Below are positions 37,381 through 48,500 of a DNA stretch of 64,000 bases, in pieces; positions within the stretch are counted from its first letter, which is position 1; every line of letters begins with the position of its first letter. The DNA comes from Candidatus Sigynarchaeum calidifontis. Its GTDB lineage: Archaea > Asgardarchaeota > Lokiarchaeia > Sigyniarchaeales > Sigyniarchaeaceae. Below the pieces are notes generated by a model. The model did not search any database. It had not been told where the DNA came from and saw only the letters and a program-made list of their open reading frames with translations. The position numbers and the translations under genes are program-made. The stretch covers positions 1-64,000 of the forward strand of contig JAUQYZ020000102.1 in NCBI GenBank assembly GCA_030587475.2, in the 5' to 3' direction.

Positions 37381-39114
37381 ATGGCAAAACAAGTTAAAAA
37401 TCGTGCACTGATGGTCTTCTGGATCGCCGTGCTCGTGATCCCTGCAATGTTGATTCCGGTATTGGATACCAGCTCGAAAACACCGCCGGTAGTCGAGAAG
37501 CACGTCATGGCGAATTTATATACCTGGTACGGCACGCCGACGGGGCCGGCGGGTCAATGGTTCTTCAAGAGCTTCCAGCGCAACGGGTCGGCAACGGACT
37601 GGGACATCTCGAAATCGAACATGACCCGCGTGGCCAACACGACCGGGCAAGGGGCATACGTCGCCACGGGCGAAGCGACGGGTATAAACACCAACGGTCT
37701 CGTTCTGTCGATACCGGCTAGCTCTTTCCCCCTTCGTGCCGGGTTTCGCACCTATTTCGCGCTCAACGTGTCGGTTAACGACACGGACGCGACCATGACG
37801 TTCAACATCAAGAAAAAAGGCACGCGTTATAGCTCGCCCGTGCCCGTCTCCATGCAGTTCAACATGGTCTACCTCGTGTTCCCGTTCAACTTCACGGGCT
37901 CGCCGTGGGCGGGACCGGACGAGTTGACCATCGAGCTCGTGGCAACGGCGCCGGGAAATTATTCTCTCTCGGTGTCGAGCATGTCGATCGGCGAGTGGCA
38001 GCACTACCATGAGGACTACCACGCTTATTATAATGAAGGGCTCGGTGCATGGATGAATGATCCACCATTTTCGAAGGCGACCGACAAGAACGTGTACTTC
38101 CCGGGCAACATCAGTGATGCCCTCGGGCCGATCCCCTCGTACGGCAACTACACGCACCACTGGGCCGAAAAAGCCGGGCCGAATATGGACCAGGTGATAC
38201 CGCCAAGATCCTACCTCGGCATCTACGACTCGCTCGACCCGGTCGCCATTGAAGCGCAGCTGCGGCTCATGTGGTGGGCCGGCATCGACGTGGTCATGCT
38301 CATGCATCCGTGGGACTTCGAGGTGGCCAGGATCATCATGGACATCGCCTGGGACGTCCGAGGGCGGTTCGACGCGCTGGGTAACGGCAGCACGTTCGGT
38401 ATCAAGTTCGTCTACTACGACGGCTGGAACCGGATGAGCAACTTGCTCTACCAGATCAAGTCGTACAAGCATTACAACGAGCTCTATCTCAAGGCAAATG
38501 GAGGCCCCGCGTTCTATGTCGGATTCACGGGGTTGCTGGAAGAGCCATACGCCAATTATGCAGTCGAGTTCGGCGCCATCAAGAAAGCGCACCCGGGGGT
38601 TTTCATGGTCGGCGACGGGTACCTCCCGCCGAAGGAGGAGATGCTCGACTTGCTCGACGGGTTCTACTTTTACGACACGAGCGGGCTCATGCGGATGGGT
38701 TATGGTGACTCCCGGATCAAGGTCTACCAGCCAGACGGCAGCCCGAGCCGGGGTCATGGCAAGCTGGACAGGATCTTCTCTGCGAGCTCGATTATCATCC
38801 ACGCTCACGGCGGCATCTACGCTGCGACGGTCATCCCAGGAACGGACAACACGTGTGTCCATGACTTCGAGGGCAAGCCGCTCTATGATGGCCGGCCGGG
38901 GACGATCGTGGAGCGCGTTGGCGGCTTCACGTTTAACTACACGTGGCAATGCGCCGTGGCCGCCGGTGCCGAGTGGATCACGATCACGAGCTGGAACGAG
39001 CTCCACGAGGGCACCGAGATCGAGCCCACTGTGGAGAATGGAACGTTTTATATCGCGCTCTGCAGGTCGTGGTCCTCGCAGCAAGCCCGAGGGGCTTTTC
39101 AACTAAAAACATGA
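37381..39114 (+). CDS. Secreted glycoside hydrolase, GH99/GH71-like
   Basis: VMANLYTWYG, P..G.YDS.DP..I..Q...M..AGID, ATVIPG.D and ITITSWNELHEGTEIEP motifs; signal anchor. Confidence 0.8.
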   Translation: MAKQVKNRALMVFWIAVLVIPAMLIPVLDTSSKTPPVVEKHVMANLYTWYGTPTGPAGQWFFKSFQRNGSATDWDISKSNMTRVANTTGQGAYVATGEATGINTNGLVLSIPASSFPLRAGFRTYFALNVSVNDTDATMTFNIKKKGTRYSSPVPVSMQFNMVYLVFPFNFTGSPWAGPDELTIELVATAPGNYSLSVSSMSIGEWQHYHEDYHAYYNEGLGAWMNDPPFSKATDKNVYFPGNISDALGPIPSYGNYTHHWAEKAGPNMDQVIPPRSYLGIYDSLDPVAIEAQLRLMWWAGIDVVMLMHPWDFEVARIIMDIAWDVRGRFDALGNGSTFGIKFVYYDGWNRMSNLLYQIKSYKHYNELYLKANGGPAFYVGFTGLLEEPYANYAVEFGAIKKAHPGVFMVGDGYLPPKEEMLDLLDGFYFYDTSGLMRMGYGDSRIKVYQPDGSPSRGHGKLDRIFSASSIIIHAHGGIYAATVIPGTDNTCVHDFEGKPLYDGRPGTIVERVGGFTFNYTWQCAVAAGAEWITITSWNELHEGTEIEPTVENGTFYIALCRSWSSQQARGAFQLKT

Positions 39115-39185
39115 GCCTCCTTGCTCAATTAACCATTTTTTTCCTTTTCACGGTTCACTGTTCTAAAATTTGTCGCCCAACAAGG

Positions 39186-39950
39186 TCATTCGATGATTTT
39201 TTTGAAGCTGAGCGTGGCGATGGCGAACATGAGCGCGTCGAACAAGATCAGCACGCCGATGTCGGGCAAGAGGTTGCTGAAATCGCCCGTGACGAGCAAG
39301 CATCGAACCGCATCGACTATGTAGCTCATTGGATTGAGGATCGCGATTTGCTGCAAGATCACGGGCATCACGTGAAGAGGATACAAGGCGCTGGAGAGGA
39401 AATACAAGGGGAAGATCACTGCTTGCCCGATGCCCATGAACCGTTCCCTCGACTTCATGAACGAGGCGACGAGAATCGATATGCCCGCAAAACCCCCCGA
39501 AGAGAAGAAAATGATCGCGAGGGCACCGGTGAAACCGAGAACGTCCATTCGGAACCGCACGCCGATCAAGAGCGCGAAAGGGACGATTAAAATGACCTGG
39601 AATAGCGACCGGACCCCTGATGCCATGGCACGGCCGATCACGATGGCATACCTTGCAGAGGGCGTGACCAAGAGCCGCTTCAAGATGCCCGATTCCCGTT
39701 CCCAGACGATCTGCAAGCCATAGAAGATCGAGACAAACGTCGTGGAGTGGATGAGGACACCTGGCGTTATGTAGTCCGTGTACGGGATCCCACCGGTCGG
39801 AACCGCACGTGCCGCGCCCATGATGGGCCCGTACACGACGAGCCAGAGAATCGGCTGCACCGCCCGGATGTAGAGCTCGGTCTTGTCGTGCCGGAGGCGG
39901 CGCAGCTCGAGCTCTATCATGGTACCGATGTTCTTCAGCCACGTCAGCAT
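39186..39950 (-). CDS. ABC-2 type transporter permease
   Basis: YITPG, WERESGILKRLLVTP, FLSSALYP and NPMSYIVDAVR motifs. Confidence 0.92.
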   Translation of the reverse strand: MLTWLKNIGTMIELELRRLRHDKTELYIRAVQPILWLVVYGPIMGAARAVPTGGIPYTDYITPGVLIHSTTFVSIFYGLQIVWERESGILKRLLVTPSARYAIVIGRAMASGVRSLFQVILIVPFALLIGVRFRMDVLGFTGALAIIFFSSGGFAGISILVASFMKSRERFMGIGQAVIFPLYFLSSALYPLHVMPVILQQIAILNPMSYIVDAVRCLLVTGDFSNLLPDIGVLILFDALMFAIATLSFKKIIE

Positions 39951-39953
39951 GTT

Positions 39954-40958
39954 TTAACCACCTCCGCCGATGCGCTTGCGCGTCTGCTTGATGTCCTTAA
40001 TGCTCGTGGTGGATTCGAGCCTTGTCCCGGCGTATTTCAGGAAAACGTCGTCCAATGAAGGCTTGTTGGTTGATATCTTGTTGATTACCACGTCATTAGA
40101 ACGTAATATTTCAATTACACCAGGAATCGCGCGATCCGCGGCCTTAACGTGAATGTTGATTGTTCCCTCATTCACCACGACGTCGCTCACCCCGTCCAGG
40201 CCCTTCAACGAACCGACAACCCTTGCACCAGGCTCCGGGCAAGCGATGGTGACCGTGATGATCTCGGCGCCCACGCTGGCCTTCAATGCGTCGGGCTCCC
40301 CGTTGGCGACCTCCTTGCCCTTGCTGATGATCGTGATCTGGTCAGCGTAGGCATCGGCCTCGTCCATGTAGTGCGTGTTGAAGAAGACGGTCATCCCCAC
40401 TTCCTTCTTGAAAGCGAGCACCTTGTCCCAGACGGCCTTGCGTGCTGCTGGGTCGAGGCCGATGGTCGGCTCGTCCAGGAACAAGAGACGAGGCTTGATG
40501 AGCAATGCGGAGGCGATCTCGAGCCGGCGAATCATCCCGCCCGAGTAGATCTTGACGACCTTGTTGGCGAATTCGGTCAAGTTCATCTCTTCCAGCGCGT
40601 CGTCGATCATCTTCTTCCGCTGGGACGAGGGAATCCCGTAGATCTTCGAAAAGACAAGCATGTTCTCGTAACCCGTTATGTCCGTCCAAACGCTCATCTC
40701 TTGCGGGACGTAACTGATCATCTCTCGTATCCTTTTTCCCTCGCGAATGACATCCAAGCCGAACACGTACGCCCGGCCACTTGTGGCCTTGAACTGCGTG
40801 GTCAAGATGCGCATGAGCGTCGTCTTGCCGGAGCCGTTCGGGCCGAGCATGGCAAATATTTTGCCCGCCTCTACCTGGATCGAGAGGCCGTCGAGCGCCC
40901 GGACGTTCCCCTTGAAGACCTTGCTGATGTTGCTTGCCTCGACTGCCAGCTCGACCAT
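39954..40958 (-). CDS. DrrA-type ABC exporter ATP-binding protein
   Basis: GPNGSGKTT, YSGGM, LFLDEPTIGLDP, THYMDEAD and PSLDDVFL motifs. Confidence 0.93.
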   Translation of the reverse strand: MVELAVEASNISKVFKGNVRALDGLSIQVEAGKIFAMLGPNGSGKTTLMRILTTQFKATSGRAYVFGLDVIREGKRIREMISYVPQEMSVWTDITGYENMLVFSKIYGIPSSQRKKMIDDALEEMNLTEFANKVVKIYSGGMIRRLEIASALLIKPRLLFLDEPTIGLDPAARKAVWDKVLAFKKEVGMTVFFNTHYMDEADAYADQITIISKGKEVANGEPDALKASVGAEIITVTIACPEPGARVVGSLKGLDGVSDVVVNEGTINIHVKAADRAIPGVIEILRSNDVVINKISTNKPSLDDVFLKYAGTRLESTTSIKDIKQTRKRIGGGG

Positions 40959-41044
40959 GAATTGACATCCGCGCGGGGCGGAAAAAAGCCTTTCGCGGCC
41001 GAACCTTGGTGTTTTTGTACGCGTTATTCCTCTGTTGATTTGCC

Positions 41045-42568
41045 ATGACATTCCCGTTTCAGCACGTGCTACCATGCATGAACATCGCCTCGGACGTGCT
41101 CCCTCCCGAGAAGCTCGAACGCATCGCCAGCGCGAAGAGCAACGTGCTGGAACGGATCAAGCCCACGCCGGCGGAGATATCGAGGATCAACGGGACCACT
41201 AGGCGCGTTGCACGAGTGGTAATGGAAATCTTGCAAGGCCGGGGCCTTAGCATCGATTACATAGAGCCACAAGGATCGACCGGCTTGAAGCAGACCCAGC
41301 TCGCTGGTGACAGCGACGTGGACTTGTTCATCGGCATGAACCCGTCCGTGATAGCCGCTTACAAGGACTTACCGAAGAAGGAGCTCAAGGAACGGCTCAA
41401 GGAGCTCTTCACGACCACGATCAACGATGCTCTCGTGCCCGGGTTGACGAAAGCATTGAATCCGCAGAATATCATGTTTTCGTACGCGGAACACCCGTAT
41501 CTCACCATCGTGGTGGACGAGGTCAAGTTCGATATCGTCTTTTGCCTTAATCTCACGAGCGCCTACATCGAGCGGGAAGACATCATCACGGCAATGGATC
41601 GTACGCCGCTGCACAGCAAGTTCGTGAAGGAGAAGTTGACCGATGCGCAAAAAGACGAGGTCCGGCTGCTCAAGACGTTCCTCAAGGCACATCATGTATA
41701 TGGCGACAAAGCCGCCCCTGGCCAGATGGGCTTCATCGGCTATGGCGTCGAGATCTTGATCCACTTTTTCGGCAACATGGAGAACGTGATGGTCAACTTT
41801 GACCGCCTTCCCACGTACGCCATCGACGTGTTCGGCCGCGACACTGCGGAGCTCCGAAAAGTCCAGCGGTTCGTCAATGATTTCTTGATCATCATCGACC
41901 CCACCGACCGAAATCGCAACGTCGGCTCGAGCACCGACCAGCGATGCTACCGGCACGCGCTCCATGAGATCCAATCTTTTCTCGATCACCCGGGTCCAGA
42001 ACATTTCGAGATATCCCCGATTCCTGGACCAACAAACGATGACCCGCACATCGTCGCGATCGTGTTTGATAACGAGAAGCAAGTGCACTACACGATCGTT
42101 CGGGATAAGCTCTACCGGCTCGGCAACCTTGCTCGCAAAGAACTGGAATACGAACCCACGGGCGAACCGCGCTTCGGTAGGATGACATTCTCCGTGCTAC
42201 TTGCCAAGGATGAATCCCAAGCTGCCCTCGCCTTCCACGTGGAGCACCCGTCCATTCCTGCCAAGTTTAAAATATTCGGGCCCAACTCGCACGACGACAA
42301 GGCCCGTGTCAAGGTGTATCTCGAAAAGCACCCGGACGCCCGCCTTGATGAAAGGGGAATCTACTTCACGGAGAAGAATCGAAACATCACGAACTTCTCC
42401 GATGCCCTCGCCAAGCTCGTAAAGGCTCGCTTCGACATCAAGGGAGTGACCCCGGTCAAAAATGCACATCGCAAGATCGACGTTTCCATCAATCCAGAAC
42501 GCGTGATAGGGAGGCAAGCGATCCACGTGCTCAAGAACATGGTTCTACCTTACATTCAATCGGGATGA
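41045..42568 (+). CDS. cca: Archaeal class I CCA-adding tRNA nucleotidyltransferase
   Basis: QGS...T.L.GDSDVDLF, YAEHPY, DRTPLH, EVRLLKTFLK and DPTDRNRNV motifs; start may be 41078. Confidence 0.92.
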   Translation: MTFPFQHVLPCMNIASDVLPPEKLERIASAKSNVLERIKPTPAEISRINGTTRRVARVVMEILQGRGLSIDYIEPQGSTGLKQTQLAGDSDVDLFIGMNPSVIAAYKDLPKKELKERLKELFTTTINDALVPGLTKALNPQNIMFSYAEHPYLTIVVDEVKFDIVFCLNLTSAYIEREDIITAMDRTPLHSKFVKEKLTDAQKDEVRLLKTFLKAHHVYGDKAAPGQMGFIGYGVEILIHFFGNMENVMVNFDRLPTYAIDVFGRDTAELRKVQRFVNDFLIIIDPTDRNRNVGSSTDQRCYRHALHEIQSFLDHPGPEHFEISPIPGPTNDDPHIVAIVFDNEKQVHYTIVRDKLYRLGNLARKELEYEPTGEPRFGRMTFSVLLAKDESQAALAFHVEHPSIPAKFKIFGPNSHDDKARVKVYLEKHPDARLDERGIYFTEKNRNITNFSDALAKLVKARFDIKGVTPVKNAHRKIDVSINPERVIGRQAIHVLKNMVLPYIQSG

Positions 42569-42762
42569 AAAAAATCCCCTCGATATGGAAGAATTCAACC
42601 AACACGCCAGCGAAATACCATGATTATACCCCTTATCAATGCTATTCTTGCATCATCAACGCCATAGCTGCATTGCGGCCAACCCGCGACATCTATGTGC
42701 CCGAACGTAAAGTTCCGTCTCGGCTAGCGGGGAGACGTGGCTTGATAAAAAGAAAAGGAAAA

Positions 42763-44982
42763 TTATTTCCGTGTGTAGATGAACCGGTCCCACGAGGACG
42801 GGTTCGGGAGTTCCAGGGGCATTTTCTTGCGCTTCCGGATCTCCATAATAACCTTGTTCGAATCCGGCACGGGTTCGAAGCCGAGGAACTCGTACCCGAA
42901 CAGCGCTTTTCCCGACGTGACGGAGCGGAACTCGTCCGCGAGGCCGATGGTCTCCACCGCGGGAAGCTTGCCCGTGATGTGCATGAGGTTCTCCTCCTGG
43001 ACCATGTTTAACACCTGGCCGCGATGGGCTGTGAGAACGCCTATGATATTGCCTTCCATACCCATCGGGGTCTTGATGTCGACGCGCTGGACGGGCTCGT
43101 AGAGCTTGGGCTTGGCCGACAAGAAACACAGCGACAGGTTGCTTATAGTCATGCCGGCGATTTCGTTGAAGCCCGTGTGCGCGGAATCCTCGTGCACCGT
43201 GGCATCCGTGAAGACCGCCTTGATGGCCGAGACGGGCTCCTTGGCAAGCGGGCCACCCTCGAGCCACTCGCGCCATGCAGCGATCAGGTACGACTTAATC
43301 TTGTCGAGGCGTTGTAGCCCGTGGGTGTCATTGACAAGGATATTTCCCTCGTACACGTCCCAGATGTTGCGAGCCTCTTTTGCGTCCCAGCCGGCCTCGT
43401 CTCGCAGTACTTGAGCACGAATTTTCTCCTTTTGATCCGCGGTGACCTTGCCGTCCATGACAAGCTGGAGGGTCTTCTCATCCAGGGGCTCGAAGTGCAT
43501 CAGCAAGCGGTTGTGGCCGTTGGCGCTCTTCGTGTGGTACTCGCTAGATTTTTGCGTGATGCGCTCGCGGTACACGATGATCGGGTCGCTCACGATGATC
43601 GGGACTTGCATGTTCACCCGCTTCGTGATGATCTCAATCTGGAGCGGGTCAATCCCCGAGAGGATGTACTCGCCCGACTCTTTATCCTTCACGAACTTGG
43701 CCGTGTTGTCGGCCATGAGCCACTTCGACACCACGTCACCGAGCTTGGCAATGTCCTTCGAATCCTTGGCCTTGATGGACTGGGACACGACCGGTTCGCA
43801 GACATACTTGATCTGCTCGAAGGGGATCATTTCCTCGATCTGTTCGTCCGGGATGTCGCCCGAAACGAATGTCTCGCCGGCGGGGCAAATGAACCCGAAC
43901 ACCGCGAATAGATTCCCCGCGGGCACGTGATCCATGTCCAAAATATCGGTGATCTCCATGACACCAAGTCGTTTAATTTTTTGGCGTTCCTTGCGACCCA
44001 TCAAGTAAATGCTATCTCCGGCGTGCAGCGTACCCGAGAACACGCGGCCAATGAGCGTGGGACGGAAACTCTTGGGATCGATGAAGATCTTGAGGATGAG
44101 GCCGAGTAGTGGGCCGTTCGGATCCGACGTGAGAAGGGCCTTTCCGAGGGTTGAATCGAGATCGCCAGGCCAAATCTTTGGGATACGGAACTTCGCCGCT
44201 TCGAGCGGATTAGGTAAATGTTCGATGACCATCTGGAGCACGACGTCATCGAGGGGGAGGTTCTTCCGAAGCCAGAGAACATCGTTTTCCGAGTATTTCT
44301 TAAAGAAAATGTCGGGCTTGAGGCCCTTGTCCTGGAGCACCTTGAAGTTGAAGCCCCAGCCGTCCTTTGCACTGCCGATCGCGACCGAATTGTTTTTAAA
44401 GTCGACTTTCCAGCCGGAGTCCTTTGGGGCCACCTCCTTTATGAGACGGTTGACATCGTTGATGATCTTATCGAGGCGCAGGTAGAAGTCCTTTTGCGTG
44501 AGGCGCAGCTCCGAAATGAGCCGGTCGGCCTTGTTCAAGAAGAGGACGGGCTTGCACTTCTCCTCGCCTACGGCCAGGCGGATGTTCGTCTCGGTCTGGG
44601 TCATCATGCCCTCGAGGGCATCGACCAGGATGAGCGCACCATCGGAACCCCGCAATGCCCTGCTCACCTCGCCCGTGAAGCTGATATGGCCTGGCGTGTC
44701 GTTTATTTGGGCAATGTATTCTTTCCCGCCATATTCATACGCGAGGAGCACGACGCTCGTGAAGATCGTGATTCCACGAGCTTGCTCCTCCTCGTCGCTA
44801 TCCATCATACCGAGATGGCCGGCATCTTGCTCTCGCATCAAACCAGCTCGCCGGAGTAGGTAATCTGCCATCGTTGTCTTTCCGTGGTCGATATGAGCAG
44901 TGATAGTAAAGATGCGGCGGTATTCAAAAGCGGATTTCGTCACCATTTCGATGATTTCTTGATCATTTTTTACTCGAACCAT
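42763..44982 (-). CDS. fusA: Archaeal translation elongation factor EF-2 (non-canonical diphthamide loop)
   Basis: AHIDHGKTT, RGITI, DTPGH and NKAD GTPase motifs; domain IV loop VHEDSAHTG. Confidence 0.93.
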   Translation of the reverse strand: MVRVKNDQEIIEMVTKSAFEYRRIFTITAHIDHGKTTMADYLLRRAGLMREQDAGHLGMMDSDEEEQARGITIFTSVVLLAYEYGGKEYIAQINDTPGHISFTGEVSRALRGSDGALILVDALEGMMTQTETNIRLAVGEEKCKPVLFLNKADRLISELRLTQKDFYLRLDKIINDVNRLIKEVAPKDSGWKVDFKNNSVAIGSAKDGWGFNFKVLQDKGLKPDIFFKKYSENDVLWLRKNLPLDDVVLQMVIEHLPNPLEAAKFRIPKIWPGDLDSTLGKALLTSDPNGPLLGLILKIFIDPKSFRPTLIGRVFSGTLHAGDSIYLMGRKERQKIKRLGVMEITDILDMDHVPAGNLFAVFGFICPAGETFVSGDIPDEQIEEMIPFEQIKYVCEPVVSQSIKAKDSKDIAKLGDVVSKWLMADNTAKFVKDKESGEYILSGIDPLQIEIITKRVNMQVPIIVSDPIIVYRERITQKSSEYHTKSANGHNRLLMHFEPLDEKTLQLVMDGKVTADQKEKIRAQVLRDEAGWDAKEARNIWDVYEGNILVNDTHGLQRLDKIKSYLIAAWREWLEGGPLAKEPVSAIKAVFTDATVHEDSAHTGFNEIAGMTISNLSLCFLSAKPKLYEPVQRVDIKTPMGMEGNIIGVLTAHRGQVLNMVQEENLMHITGKLPAVETIGLADEFRSVTSGKALFGYEFLGFEPVPDSNKVIMEIRKRKKMPLELPNPSSWDRFIYTRK

Positions 44983-45278
44983 ACGATTTCACGCGAGTCG
45001 TCATTATAATCCGATCAAGTGCCTTCCTTGCACGATAAGAGGGCCTGGTGTATTCCGGTGTATAATAGGCCAACACTCGTCGGTATGTGCAACTTAATGA
45101 TGCCGCCCTAATAACCACGACAACCACGCGTAAGAATTGAGAAATACACGAGATTGTATTCACCATAGAGACCGCAAAGTCAGTAGCATTTTAACACTTC
45201 TTTTTCACCCGTCCCGTGCGTGGCAAGGACAATAATAACACGTGCAGCGCCGATTTCTACTTCAACCTCGGCACGACG

Positions 45279-45320
45279 ATACGATAGTCGATTATGTCAA
45301 TACGATAGTCGATCATGGCC
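45279..45320. repeat. Two-copy 21-nt imperfect tandem repeat
   Basis: ATACGATAGTCGATTATGTCA followed by ATACGATAGTCGATCATGGCC. Confidence 0.6.
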
Positions 45321-45560
45321 ATGAAGAACGAAAGATTTTCGATGAGATCGACAAGATCCATCCTTGGTTGCAACGAATTCGCGATGCGATTAATGACGCA
45401 AATAAAGTGGAATTTTTGAGCCTCGAAAAGTAAGCGGTACCGATCTTCACGATCTCGCGTTCCATGTCCCTTTCTTTTTCCCTCCTCGACTCGTACCTTC
45501 TTCATACATAAAAAGCCAGGAATCAATGATTTAGCAACAATCATCACGTGCCAGGTCAGT

Positions 45561-48500
45561 ATGCCGAGATTCTTCTTCAAGATTCCTTTCATTGCCCTCC
45601 TTGGCGAGGGTGATGCGTCTGTTCTCAATGAAGCATGGGATGTCTTGAACGCCGTTGAGGACACGACGAATATCGTGCCAGGTGTCTCGATCCGGAACGC
45701 GGAAATTGACCTGGACAAGGACTCGCAAGTCAGCGCGGAGTTCTGGCTCGTGAAGGATGTCACCAAGATCGACTTCGAAGATGCAATGAAGGGGAGCGAT
45801 GGGATCCTCATACTCGTGGACCCGGCTGCGGATCCAAGCGCTGCGATGGCGCATGAATATGTCGGGATCATCGAAAAATCCGTCCGGTTTCTCCCGACCA
45901 TAATCGTGCTCGTCGATGTTGCTAGTCAAGCCACGTTCTTCGACGACTCGTTTATAAAGCAGATCTGGGAACGCAGGGTGGTCGAATGCATGGCCTTTAA
46001 CCGGTCGGCACCAGGCCATTTCCTCGCCATTGTGAAAACCTTGTTCCGAGGCATCATCGAGCATCCCGAGGCAGGACCATTGGATCTAGACACTGCGTGG
46101 TTGCGGGAGGGCATCATCTGGGGAATAATGGCCCGCAAGATCGAGACGGAAGTCACACGTGAAGACCAGGTCTTCCTCGGGCGGAACTTCCACGTGCTCT
46201 CCCTCGTCGCCAAGGCCAAGAAGAAGATCGAGGCGCTCGTGCTCGGATCTGTAGGTGCCCGCTGGTTGGAAATGGCCGCGGAGTATATGCTCGCGGCAAG
46301 GGTCTGCGAACAGCTCGGCGAGAAGGCTCGGGCTCAGTTCTTGAAGAAAAAGCACTTGCAGTACCAGATGAATCAGGCCGCCGCGCTGCTTGCCCAGCAC
46401 AAGTTCGGGAAAGCCGCTGCAAAGTATCAAGAAATAGCATACTGGAACCGCAATGAATACGTCGAACCCTCTCTCATCGAGGAGCTGTTCATCAAAGCTA
46501 TCGATGCTTGGGTGTCTATCTTCGAATTCGACAAGATCCCCGACTTGCTCCGGCAGATCAAGGCACCAGCAATGCAACTGGCAACCCTCAAGGACAAGAT
46601 CACGAGAGGCATCGATTACCTCGCGTCGCAGCAGCTCCTCGAAAAGGCTAACTTCCAGCTCGATGCCATCACGAACCTCTACTTGAAATACGACTTGCGG
46701 GACAGCGCGACAGAGCTCGCTAAAAAACACGCGAAGGTCAAGCTTGACTTGCTCAAGGAGAAAGTCGACCAGAAATTCATCGGGGACTCGTTGATTCTGC
46801 TCGACGAGATCGTATCGCTCCGGGAGCGAATGGGCATCACCATCCTTGTCCCGGACCAGCAGTTAGCGTGGATCTGCGTGTACCTCATCGAGAACTTGAA
46901 TTTCCACGAGTTCGAGAACGTCATTTCTCTTGTCCAGGACCCGCTGATCGTCAAGCAACTCAGCGCCCGCCGCGTTGCAAAGGAAAAAGAAGCAGAAATC
47001 GAGGCACAACAAAAGGCGGAGATATTAAAGAAGAGTGCCTACCAACGTCTACTCGTCTATAGCAAGGAAGAGAAGGACGACGCACTCCAATATGCAAAGT
47101 CGCGCAGGAAGTTGCTGATCGACATGGCAAGCCAGGGACAGCCCGACCGCGCTGCCAGCTTCATGATCATCAACGCGCAATGGCTCCGTGACCTCGATCA
47201 GCCAGACCTCGCTGCGGACCTGGTTTTTTCGGTATCGGAGCACCTCGTGAGATGCAATAGTACCATTGATCTCAAATCGGTCCTCAATTTCTTGCCGCCG
47301 GCGCGACAGGAGAAGCTCGTGACCGCCATCGTGCATCACATCAAGTCCAGGCCAGCTGAAGAGGGAGACGCTGATTTCAGCAAGTTCATCGAGTATTACC
47401 AGGCGCAAGCACGGAACAACCATTTCCATGCCCAAGCAAGCGAGCTGGCATCCCGGCTGGCAGAAGCGTACTTGAACGAGGCGCGCATGGCCAGCAAGGA
47501 ACGCAACTTGAATTCGATCCGCCTCGCGCTCGCGAAGCTGGAAAAGTACCGGATCCTCCTTGCCACCCTCGGAAATAAGGACTTGCAACCCGCCAACACT
47601 GACGACATCATCGAAACGATCATTGATTTCTATTTCGCGACAAACGATCTGAAGCCGATCGATGATCTCCTCAACCAGCTCAAGGATCTCGATAAGAAGC
47701 GACGCGTTTCCGCTCGGCTCGAGCGAATATCGCAAGAGGAGAAACTGAAACACGATAGCGAAATGAGGAAACAAGAAGCCGAGCGCAACCTCATGGAGGA
47801 CTTGCAGGAAGCAAAACGGCTCTTGTTGCTCGAGCAAGACCGGTTGAAAGCACTCCGAGCCGAGCGTGAGGAACATTTGCTCGCGTGGAAGGCGGAGAAG
47901 AAGATCGCCGACATCTTGCCGTGCTTCATGACCAGGCCAGACCAAATACTCGCTGCGATCGACCAGCTCGATAAAAATGAACGCCAGGCAACCCAGTTTT
48001 TCATCAATGACAAGAATCACGTGGAATTCGCCATCTCCATCGTGGTATCCCAGTTGTTGGCCTTGAAGCGCAATGACCTGGAAGGTGCAGCCAAGCTGAT
48101 CGGTTCGGCGGATGTCCTCTGGCCAGAATTTAAACAGAAGGTCATTCGCTTGCACGCGTGGAAGCTCGCCAGCTTGCTCGTGAGGGCCATCGAGCTGGAA
48201 GCAGGAAGCGGCATCGTGGAAGCGGTGCTCTTGACCGAGCTATTACCCTTAGTTCTCGGCGAGAGGGCACTCGCGTTTATGGTGTTGAATAAGCCAGTCC
48301 CGCCCAGCATCCTCGTGAAGAAGGAAAAAGCAGTTTCCGACGACTTCGAGAAGAAATTAGACGAGGCTCTCCCGGTCATAGTAGAAGTCGTCGGCATGGA
48401 GATGGAACCTGGCCTTGAAAGTGCCCGGATGCGCCGGCAGTTGCTCTCGCGCGAGGGAAAATTGCAAGGCTTGCCGCTGCTCAAGAGCGGGAAACAGCTG

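Noticed and set aside
37516-39102. Long antisense ORFs (528 aa here; also 22948-24120, 51495-52400, 55260-56327, 47049-48155, 5928-6818)
   Set aside because: Shadow frames opposite well-supported genes, expected in GC-rich DNA; no recognisable motifs.
45242-45433. 63-aa ORF with KIFDEIDK resembling an AAA Walker B, and its 21-nt repeat as a possible CRISPR remnant
   Set aside because: Too short to assign; only two adjacent repeat copies with no spacers and no cas genes.
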